A DNA stretch of 64,000 bases, from the NCBI GenBank assembly GCA_002269645.1, contig NIVC01001051.1:186001-250000 (forward strand), given 5' to 3'. The position numbers and the translations under genes were made by a program. The notes under the pieces were generated by a model. It was not told the origin of the DNA and searched no databases. It saw nothing but the letters and a program-made list of their open reading frames with translations. The stretch's first letter is position 1, and each line of letters starts with the position of its first letter. Source of the DNA: Macrostomum lignano (Eukaryota). Shown here one piece after another: positions 11,366-22,800 of this stretch.

Positions 11366-13298
11366 CGTACAAATTATGTAAGAGACGAACTACATGATTG
11401 CCATGGCTGTGTTTGTGTACCTTTAATGAAAAGTATGGACATTGCATGTAAACAATGTTTTATAGAATTATTTATAGGCGGCTAGAAAACAAAAACAAGT
11501 AAATTTTCACAAACATACATGTACACATGGAATCTCAGTTGTAAAATTTTCTATTTCATGCACGGCTGCTATTTTCCCCAACTAGATCCGATGGACTGCA
11601 ATGATAGGTACTAGCTCTAGCCGCAGGACTTATGCAATGGGTATCCTGCTGGCCGCAGCTCTGCTGGTGCTCGGCGGCCCAGCTCGGTGTCAGGCCAGGC
11701 CGACCCAACGCCGGTGTCTCCAACGCCGCGAATGAGCCGAGCAATTGGCAATTATAAATACGTTTCATTAAGTCGACTCAATGTTTTGCATGTATGAATT
11801 CGATCGAGGATCTGAAAACGGAGTGTTGTGATTAGCGATGCGCGATGCTCTAAAGTCCATATAGCGCTTCATTTCATTCCTGTTGTTTGTTCAAACGTAT
11901 TTTAGGGTTTTGCTGAAGCAATCGGGCTGAAAAAGATCACTTTTTTGTTTAAACCGAAGAAGGGAACTGTAATTTGATTCAAAAAGTTGGGGATTAATTT
12001 GGGACGAGGTGAACAGTATAGTAGTAATAATTTATTTTTTATTAATTGACAAGCCGGTTTACAATCCAAAGGGGCAGTAGTTCTGTAGTAAGTCAACCGC
12101 AATATATGATGAAGGGCCTTCAGTCTAGCATGTAATAGATTGAGTTTGATTGGTCATAAGACCATGCTAGAGCCCCGCAGGAAGATGCGGCCAAAAATAG
12201 ACACAATTAATACGCTTCAAAATAATTCATTTTGAGATACAATTAAAACAAACTTAAGTATTGATTACATTAGATATGAATATATCAGGTTAATTAATTA
12301 ATATTACATTAAAAACTCACAAATGTTATGCTCGAATAATCCATAAAGTATTTGAACGAACTTAACACCGTCACAGCACTATTACTAATTAACAGGATGA
12401 TTTTAAATATTTGCACGTTCCCTAGGAATCTGCGTGGTTACAAAACGTACGTCACATGTCAAAAGAATGCAAAAGTTCTTAAATCGGGGGTCGTGCATTT
12501 TCCGAGAAACAGTGTTTTGTTCAAAAGTCTACTTCAAACGGTCCAATTGACTCTATATCTGTAACAAGGGTATGAAGCGCAAAAAGTTCCATATTCCAAG
12601 CAATGCATACGTATACAGCCATAAATTCTTCCTAGAGAGCTGCGCGCCTCGATTTCCGCATTTCAAGTGCAGAAGCGGTGCAGATTCCAGCAGCATCTGC
12701 ACGCCATTCCATTCCACCTCGGACCTCCTTGGTTCCGAAAACATGACGCGACCCGCGGGTGACTAAAATTAGCGTCAGCCCCCCCCCCCCCCCCCCAGTA
12801 GTTGCGCGAACCTCGGCAGATATAAATTCCTTGCTAAACGCGCAGACACGTGATAAAAGCACCCAGCTGCCGCATGATGCCGGAATTCGGACCCCCTTCG
12901 TGCAGCTGCCTCGGGAACGTCGATCCCCGCAAGTGGATTGGCCGATAAGGCAGTCACGGGACTGCGATCGGCTCTAGAAAGCAAATAAGTCTTCTAAAAG
13001 AGCAATGGGTACTATACAGTGTAATACAAGCGAGTAAAGGGTGACAGAAGAAGCTATTGCACTACAATTTGCACTGTACTGGCTGTGGAGTTGTACATCC
13101 CACACGCCCTTCCAATATCTATATATATATGTAATAGCTTACGTATATTCGACCTATTTTTATACCTATTCTTGCTTACAGAACCGACCCTGCAGATCAG
13201 CTGATTCTCGCGGCTCCCAACCTCACCAGCCAGCCCTATATATCTGCATGCTCTTAGCCAGCAAATAGGGGAGTTCATAGAGCGAACCCATCGTAACC

Positions 13299-13837
13299 AT
13301 GGCGCCAGTTCTTAACGCCCTGCTGCTGCTCCTCACTGGTGTCTCCGCCACCTTGGCCGCTGAACAATTCGTTGAAGCCGGCGACAGCGGCAACTGTACT
13401 AGGCCGAGCCCCGGCCTGCTGCGCCACTGGACCACCCTGGAACTCGCCGGGGTGCCCGTGTTTGTGCACCAGCGCCTGGACCGGCGCGGCCACTTCCTGC
13501 TGGAGCCGCTGCTGTCCCTGCCAACCACCGAGCCCGTCGAGGCCATCATCAACGCCTCGTGCGTCCGGTTCGACCGGCTGACCGGAGTTCACTACCTGAG
13601 CTTTCCCGTGGCTCTGCGAGATGACGAGCTGCTGCACCAGGCCAGGGAGAGGCTGCGGCATGCCGCGCCTCGGTCTGTGGCCTTCCTGCGGCCGGCCGGG
13701 GCCAGCCTGCCGCCTGCGGAGGCCGAGGGACGCCTGCCTGGCGGCTGGAAGATGGAGAGCCTCCGGCTCAGCTCGGAGGGCCAGCTGGGCTACCTGCGAA
13801 TCAACTGCCCGCACCAGCGGGCCTGCGTGGAACTCAG
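13299..13837 (+). CDS. Exon 1: signal peptide + repeat domain 1
   Basis: NCTRP...[11 protein letters not shown]...[10 protein letters not shown]...YLSFPVAL...[14 protein letters not shown]; ends at AG|gcatgt. Confidence 0.85.
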
Positions 13838-16800
13838 GCATGTCCGCGATTATGAACTGCATCCCAATGCCTCATCATGAGGGATCTCGGATCGCAATCT
13901 CAAAAAATCTCTCAGATCTCCCCTTATTCCAACACGGATCCCATCGCAAGAAATCCCAGATACCAACTTAGAAACTCCTATCTCAGGAAATTTCGGACCC
14001 CATCTCAAGAAAATCCATCACGAGTAATCATGGATCATCTAGGATCATCTCAGGAAATCCCAGATCCCATTATGAGATGTCCAAGATCCCATTATGGGAT
14101 ATCCAAGATCCCATTATGGGATATCCAAGGTCCCAATATGAAATATCCAAGATCCCAATATGGGATATCCAAGATCCCATTTTAGAATATCCAAGATCCC
14201 ATTATGGGATATCCAAGATCTCATGATGGGATATCCAAGGTCCCAATATGAAATATCCAAGATCCCAATATGGGATATCCAAGATCCCATTTTAGAAAAT
14301 CCAAGATCCCATTATGAGAAATTCAAGATCCCAGTATGGGATGTCTAAAATCCCATTATGGGACAACTCAACTCCCATAAAAATCGATGCTGAAAAATTT
14401 TTCAGATCCCAGCTGTTGAGTGGCAGCGTTGGGATCTTTGAGCGCTTCCTGCTCCGCCTGGACTCCGCCGTGTCGCCCGACGGCTGCGCCTCCGTTGCAA
14501 ACCTGACCAAGCCGGTGGTGGTGCCCGCCGCCTCGCAGATCGACGTCGCGCACTTCGCCCGCCGGAGCGTCGGCGACGCGTCCGGCCCGCCCGATGTCGA
14601 CGACAGCCGTAACTTGACGGCCTGCTCCAAGCCGGCGCCCCAGCTGGTGCTGTACCGGGATTTCTACATCAAAGGCAGGCCGGTGTTTGTGCTGACGAGG
14701 CGCGAGTCCGTGGCGGCCAGGGCGCCGAGCGAGTTCTGGCTGGAGCCGCTGCTCAGCCTGCAGACCGGGGAGGCGGTCACCGCCCGAGGGTTTCGGAACG
14801 CCAGCGGCTGGTGAGACTTAACTGCTGCATTCGAGATCCCAAATCCCAGATTGACAATTCAGATCATCAATCCTACGTTCTTATCGTAGAATTTTAGTAC
14901 CCAAAATCCTAGTTCCCAAATCCCAGTTCCCAAATCCCAGTTCCCAAATCCCAGTTCCAAAGTCTCAGTCCCCAAATCCCAGTTCCCAAATCCCAGTTCC
15001 CAAATCCCAGTTCCAAAGTCTCAGTCCCAAATCCCAGTTCCCAAATCCCAGATCCCAAATCCCAGATCCCAAATCCCAGATCCCAAATCCCAGATCCCAA
15101 ATCCCAGTTCCCAAATCCTAGTTCCCAAATCCCAGATCCCAAACCCCAGTTCCCAAATCTCAGTCCCCAAATCCCAGTTCTCAAATTCCAGATCCCAAAT
15201 CCCAGTCATAAAACGCTAAATCAATGCTCTGATTTAATTAAAAATCCCAGATCCTAGCTGTAATACCAGATCCTACAGTTTCAAGATCTCTGATCCCTTC
15301 AGCTCCTGAGTTGAAAAATTTGCATAGATCCCCAGATTACTCAATGTGCTGGTAACAATGACATTAGAAAAGGTCTCCCCAAAGTTTACCTGACCCAGTG
15401 CACCGCTCCGCAGGCCCTACGTGCCCCTCCGCCTGAGCCTCCGCCAGTCGGACATCAGAAGCGCCGCAGTGAAGCGGCTGCGACAGCCCAACAGGCCAGT
15501 TCCCAGTCTGCGCTACCTGCACCTCGTCGACTGGCGTCTGGAAGGCCGCAAGCGCCTGCCCGGCTTTAAAGTGGACCGACTGCGGCTGTCCACCAACCGG
15601 GAGGTCGCCCATATCCGGTTGATGGCGCCGAACGACACAGCAGCGGGTGCCAAGGCTGCTGAAGTGCTGAGGTGAGCATTCTCGCGCTTCCTACGAGTAC
15701 TCAGGGGTCCAGCTGGATCGCTAACCCTACCCTAACTCTAACCCTACCCTAACCTAAACCCTAACCCTAACCCCAACTCCTGCCTCGATAGTGTATTTTC
15801 CCGAAAAGCCTACACCTTTGAAGTGTTTTCTAAGAAACGAAATTTAAACCGTTCCACTTGATTTGATGTTGCAAAGCATTTGAAATATTTCAGCCTGCTT
15901 GATACTAACAGTAGAGTATTAGGGTTTTGACTCGAAATTCGTATGTTAAAATAAAAAAAAGTTTTGATTTGAACATTAAGAGGCCAATACACACTCCTTG
16001 TACTTTAGATTTTCGATCATCTCACTCCACACATGTATCTCTGATCTGATTGGATACGCATCAAAGTCAAAGGACACCCACCTCACGCGTCCTGAAATCA
16101 TCTCTAATCTGATTGGATAAGCGCCAAAGTCAAAGGACACCCACCTCACGCGTTCTGAAATCATCTCTAATCTGATTGGATAAGCGCCAAAGTCAAAGGA
16201 CACCCACCTCACGCGTCCTGAAATCATCTCTAATCTGATTGGCCGAGAGCGAACACAGACTAGATTGATCACAGAAACCCCTCCCGAACATCCCAGGCAG
16301 CAGATCGCCGCCAATCCAACTCTGCTATTCGACGCGCTGCAGTTCAGCTTTGCCTTCTCGCCGGACGAGGCGCCTGCCTCCTCTGCGGCGTCCTCATCGT
16401 GCGAGGAGTCGCCAGTCTACTGGGTGCAGCGCAGGCCCATTGTACCGCACCTGTCCCAGTTCCCAGTGTCCGAGCTGCAGCGCCACTGGCAGGCAGATCG
16501 GCCTGGCAATGAGTCCCGCTGTCGCCTGTCGATGCAGCCGCAGGTGGCGAAGGTGGTGAGCTACCGGGGCCAGCCGCTGGTGCTGTGGAAACGGCAGGAC
16601 CATCCAGGCAGTCATTCATCTCAGCTGGATGACTTCCTAATCGAGCCAATCTTCCTGCTGCGCAACGACGGTCTTGAGGCGGCGTTCAGCGTCGGATTCG
16701 ACTACGCCAGATCGGCGCATTTCGTCAGCTGCCGGGTCGACCTGCAGAGCGACGACGCGTTGGCGTTAATTAGGCGGAATTTGACCCACTTGGACAGGTT

Positions 16801-19800
16801 CCGCTCGGTTGCGTTCGCCATGATTGGCAATCTCAGCATCTGGCCGACTGCCAACATCAGCGGCGTGACGGCCGTGGAATTCTACGCCTCCTACAACCAG
16901 CGGGACGGCTTTCTGCGGCTCTACTGCGACCGGCTGGCCGCCTGCGCCGGGCTTAGGTCGGTTTTAAACTGGCTTCCATAGTTACTGGCTCCGATTACAT
17001 TGCCTAGCAACCTGGTATCCTAGCAACCTGGTATCCTAGCAACCTGGTATCCTAGCAACCTGGTATCCTAGCAACCTGGTATCCTAGCAACCTGGTATCC
17101 TAGCAACCTGGTATCCTAGCAACCTGGTATCCTAGCAACCTGGTATCCTAGCAACCTGGTATCCTAGCAACCTGGTATCCTAGCAACCTGGTATCCTAGC
17201 AACCTGGTATCCTAGCAACCTGGTATCCTAGCAACCTGGTATCCTAGCAACCTGGTATCCTAGCAACCTGGTATCCTAGCAACCTGGTATCCTAGCAACC
17301 TGGTATCCTAGCAACCTGGTATCCTAGCAACCTGGTATCCTAGCAACCTGGTATCCTAGCAACCTGGTATCCTAGCAACCTGGTATCCTAGCAACCAAGC
17401 AATCTAGCTCAGAGATTGGATATAACTGCTGTCAGTGTCTGAAAAGTTAAGCAAAATTCGCTGCGGTTAGTGCAGGCTGCTTTTTTTAACCTGACTTTCT
17501 CAACTCTCGACTTGCTTAACTAATCTCCAGGAACTACCTGTCAAAGTCCAGCGAACTTCTGCTCGAGCGCTTGCAAATCAACATCACCATGGCAACGCCT
17601 GACGACGGCTGCCTAGCACCGGAGCCCATTGGCAAGCTGATCCTGGCCAGGCGACATCTCGTAGACCTGGCCTACCTCAGGGAGAAGTCGCCGCCGCGGC
17701 TGGTGTGCGCCGAGGCCGCCTATCCCCGGGTGCAGGCACCGGTGCAGCCGACCGGCTCCTGCCAGCTGGTGCTGCACCGGTCCCGCAACCTCCTGGGCGG
17801 CCAGAGCCTCTTTGTCGAACCGGCCTTCTGCCTGGACCGGCAGCCGCCCACTCTGCACTTTGACTACGTGCGCAACCTGCCCTACCTGAGTCTGCGAATG
17901 GCGCTGGCGAACGATTCCCTGCTTGGCGAAGTTCGCCGAGGCCTCGCGGACTCCGGCGGGACCAGCGACACCGCCGACATCCCGGCGGAGGACACCATCG
18001 ACTTCATGGAGCTGTGGAACCTCCGGCTGAGACCGAGGACCCGGCTGCCGGGACTCGAGGCCGGCGATTTCAAAGTGGCCTTCGATAGGAGCGAAGCCGA
18101 ACTGCGGATTCACTGCCTGAGCGGCAGAGTGTGCAGGACTCTGCAGTGAGCCGGCGCTACCCACTAAATTGTCCTCAATCCAGACCGCTGCGTCTCGAAC
18201 GCCTGGGATGCGGATTCTCGATCCATGGTCCATCGATTATTTTCCTGATCCCTGATCCTTAATTCCTGATCTCTGATCCCTGATCTCTGATCCCTGATCT
18301 CTGATCCTTGATCCCTGATCCCTGATCCCTGATCCCTGATCCCTGATCCTTTATCTTTGATCCCCGATTCGTGATCCCTAATCCCTGATAACCCGATCCT
18401 TGATCTTGATACCGATCCTCTTTCCTGATTTAGATCATCCCGATTCTCCTGATCCCCAATCTGATCCTTGATCTCTATTCCTTGATCCCAATCCTTTATT
18501 CTTCTCAATCAGTCACCATTGGCCCCTGCTCCGCAGCTCGAACATGCTGCAGAACAGCACCCTGCTGCTGGAGAACTTCAACCTCGAGATCACGGCAAAT
18601 CTGCCCAGCTACGATTGCTGGATGCCGCAGCTGTTGCGCAAGCAAATTTTGAGTCGCAGCGCCTCCTACTTCGATTTGAGCTACCTGAACGGCAAAACCC
18701 GCCGCCTCCCCGGCTGCCCTCGGCCCCTGCCGATGCGCCTGTTCAGCGTCAAGTCGGTGGACGGTTGCACCGCCGTGGTGCACAAGCGCGAGGACACCAA
18801 GGCGGAGTTCTACATCGAGCCGCTGTTTTGCTTCAACGGCAGGGTTGAGCTGGGCTTCAACTACCTCACGGGCAGCCCCTACGCCAGCCTGGGCGTCGAC
18901 CTCAGCCGCCAGTCCGTGCTGGACACCGTGACCGCCCAGCTCGCCAATCTAGCGCCCAAGCGGGTGTCATTTCTCCAGGTGCGCAAGGTGAACCTGACTC
19001 GGAGGGACTTGGGCAGCGAGGCCTACCAGCTGGACAGCTTCTCCGCCAGCGTGGACAGGAGCCGGGGCCAGTTCCGGGTGCTCTGCCAGACCTGGGCTGC
19101 CTGCAGGGACCTCAGGTAAGCTGGTGTGGTCTCGGATTGGGATCTCGGATTGGGATCTCGGATTGGGATCTCGGATTGGGATCTCGGATTGGGATCTCGG
19201 ATTGGGATCTCGGATTGGGATCTCGGATTGGGATCTCGGATTGGGATCTCGGATTGGGATCTCGGATTGGGATCTCGGATTGGGATCTCGGATTGGGATC
19301 TCGGATTGGGATCTCGGATTGGGATCTCGGATTGGGATCTCGGATTGGGATCTCGGATTGGGATCTCGGATTGGGATCTCGGATTGGGATCTCGGATTGG
19401 GATCTCGGATTGGGATCTCGGATTGGGATCTCGGATTGGGATCTCGGATTGGGATCTCGGATTGGGATCTCGGATTGGGATCTCGGATTGGGATCTCGGA
19501 TTGGGATCTCGGATTGGGATCTCGGATTGGGATCTCGGATTGGGATCTCGGATTGGGATCTCGGATTGGGATCTCGGATTGGGATCTCGGATTGGGATCT
19601 CGGATTGGGATCTCGGATTGGGATCTCGGATTGGGATCTCGGATTGGGATCTCGGATTGGGATCTCGGATTGGGATCTCGGATTGGGATCTCGGATTGGG
19701 ATCTCGGATTGGGATCTCGGATTGGGATCTCGGATTGGGATCTCGGATTGGGATCTCGGATTGGGATCTCGGATTGGGATCTCGGATTGGGATCTCGGAT

Positions 19801-22800
19801 TGGGATCTCGGATTGGGATCTCGGATTGGGATCTCGGATTGGGATCTCGGATTGGGATCTCGGATTGGGATCTCGGATTGGGATCTCGGATTGGGATCTC
19901 GGATTGGGATCTCGGATTGGGATCTCGGATTGGGATCTCGGATTGGGATCTCGGATTGGGATCTCGGATTGGGATCTCGGATTGGGATCTCGGATTGGGA
20001 TCTCGGATTGGGATCTCGGATTGGGATCTCGGATTGGGGATTGGGATCTCGGATTGGGATCTCGGATTGGGATCTCGGATTGGGATCTCGGATTGGGATC
20101 TCGGATTGGGATCTCGGATTGGGATCTCGGATTGGGATCTCGGATTGGGATCTCGGGATCATTGATCGGATCGGATCTCGGACACACACTCTCCATCTCC
20201 CATCATCCCGCAGCTCCAATCTCTCCGCGCAGCCCTGGCTGCTGTTCGAGCGAATCCAGCTGACAACCTTCATGGCTAACGTCGCCGACTGCGAGCTGTC
20301 GACCGCCATTTACCAGCAGCCGACCTCTGCAGCCAGTGACTTCCGCCTGCCGCTCAAGGCCCTCCGGTTGAAGCTGCCAGCGGTGGGCGAGTGCCCCGCC
20401 GACGAGGCGCCGCGCCTGCTGCGCATCCTGAGCATCGACGGGTGCCCGGTGGCGGTCTACCAGCAGCCCGGCGAGCTGCCACATCAGCGCCGCCTTCTGA
20501 TCGAACCGCTGCTCTGTTTCCATGGCAACAATGCCAGTTCGAGTCTGAGCCGGGGCCGCGACTTTCTCAGCAGCGAGGAGTTCGTCAGCGTCCGGCTGAT
20601 GCTGCGAAGCCACGGCGTGCTGGCCGCGGTGCAGGAGCAGCTGTCGCTGTCCACCTTGGAGGCCGGCTCCCTGCTGCGCTTCGCCGAACTCTGGGACGTC
20701 GGCGTGGCCGAGGAGAGCACTGCGGCGGGATTGCGGGTGGCTCGGCTCGGCGTTGCCGCGCGTTGTGACGGCGAGACAGCGGAGCTGCGAGTAGCCTGCA
20801 GCAGCCGGGCGGCCTGCGAGGCGCTGGTGTGAGATGCGCCGGGTGGGAGCTTGGCTTGATATGGGGGATGATGAAGCTCAGCATCTGTGTAGTGGGATGC
20901 GGAATCTGAGCACATAATGTGAGGTTCGAATTGTGGGATGTGGGGTCTGAGCATAGGATGTGGGGTCTGAGTACAGGATGTGGGATATGAGCACAGGATG
21001 TGGCCCGATCTGAGCATAGGATGTGGGGTCTGAGTACAGGATGTCGGATCTGAGCATTGGATGTGGGGTCTGAGTACAGGATGTCGGATCTGAGCATAGG
21101 ATGTGGGGTCTGAGTACAGGATGTCGGATCTGAGCATAGGATGTGGGATTTGAACACAGGATGTGGGATCTGAGCACGGATGTGGGATATGAGCACAGGA
21201 TGTGGGATCTGAGCATAGGATGTGGGATCTCATCGTAGAATGTGGGATCTGAGCACAGGATGTGGGATCTGAGCATAGTAAGTCGGATCTGAGCATAGGA
21301 TGTGGGATCTGAGCATAGGATGTGGGATCTGAGCATAGGATGTGGGATCTGAGCATAGGATGTGGGATCTGAGCATAGTATGTCGAATCTGAGCATAGGA
21401 TGTGGGATCTGAGCACAGGATGTGGGATTTGAGCACAGGATTTACTGTAGTATTATCCTGTAGTACTATATGTACGTTCGTAGGTTGTTGGATATTTTTC
21501 GAATAAAAAGAACTTTCCGGATGACACGAGAAAGATGAACGACTTCAAGGGATTATCATTAATCCCAGGGTTTGATCTTCGGTTCGGATTAAAAGGAACG
21601 GTGCATCACCCTAACGGATCGCGAACCCTTTACTCTTTAGGATTCTTTTCTTTGAAGCTTAGGCTTCAGACTTTTCAAGTTAATAATTAGATTTCTTTTG
21701 CGAAAACAGCAATTCCGTTGACCGCGTAAAGGTTCTAAAGACCTAATGAACTATAAATATCTCTCGCCATTTCTCTCGCAGTCAAAGCCTCACGGAGGAG
21801 CCCACCGACTACCTTCGGTCGGTGCTGTTCTCGGTGTCCAGCCTCACGCCTTCGCGCAGCTGCTACTTCAAAGCGCCCGCCGCCAAACGGCCCCTCATCA
21901 TCGGCTACAGCTGGGACCGGCGCTGCCGCTACGACAGCCTGGCTGAGTCCGGCGGGACCGCGAAGCGCAATGCCAGCCTCCAGTTGTGGACTGGTGAGAC
22001 CAACTTTGATCTACGAGGGCTGTCCCAAAAGTACCTGCCTGTCACCTGCCTGTCATCTGCCTGTCACCTGCCTGTCACCTGCCTGTCATCTGCCTGTCAC
22101 CTGCCTGTCACCTGCCTGTCATCTGCCTCTCACCTGCCTGTCACCTGCCTGTCACCTGCCTGTCATCTGCCTGTCACCTGCCTGTCATCATCTACTTGTC
22201 ACCCATCTGAAATCTTGCTGTCATTCACCTGTAATCTAGCTGTCATCTATCTGTAGTCTAGCTGTCATCTATCTGTAGTCTAGATGTCATCTATCTGTAG
22301 TCTAGCTGTTATCTATCTGTAGTCTAGCTGTCATCTATCTGTAGTCTAGCTGTCATCTATCTGTAGTCTAGCTGTTATCTATCTGTAGTCTAGCTGTCAT
22401 CTATCTGTAGTCTAGCTGTCATCTATCTGTAGTCTAGCTGTCATCTATCTGTAGTCTAGCTGTCATCTATCTGTAGTCTAGCTGTCATCTATCTGTAGTC
22501 TAGCTGTCATCTATCTGTAGTCTAGCTGTCATCTATCTGTAGTCTAGCTGTCATCTATCTGTAATCTAGCTGTCATCTATCTGTAGTCTAGCTGTCATCC
22601 TCCTGCATTTTAGCTGTCATCCTCCTTCATTTTAGCTGTCATCCTCCTGCATTTTAGCTGCCTTCTATCTGTAGTCTAGCTGTCATCTATCTGTAATCTA
22701 GTTGTCATCCTCCTGTAATCTAGCTGTCATCCTGTAATCTAGCTGTCATCTATCTGTAATATAGCTGTCATCTATCTGTAATATAGCTGTCATCTATCTG

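Noticed and set aside
15720-15780. Telomere-like (TAACCC)n tract
   Set aside because: Only ~60 bp, degenerate and intronic; no evidence of a chromosome end or fusion.
18967-20309. Long ORFs (342-568 aa) in most frames over the 13-bp array
   Set aside because: The unit has no stop codon, so most frames stay open. The array lies between a canonical donor (19116) and acceptor (20213). Only 20214-20828 is treated as coding.
13299-20828. Assigning the six repeats to a known fold (pore-forming toxin, BPI/TULIP, SEA, Ig, cadherin)
   Set aside because: None of the diagnostic motifs is visible by eye; this needs HMM or structure searches that I cannot run.
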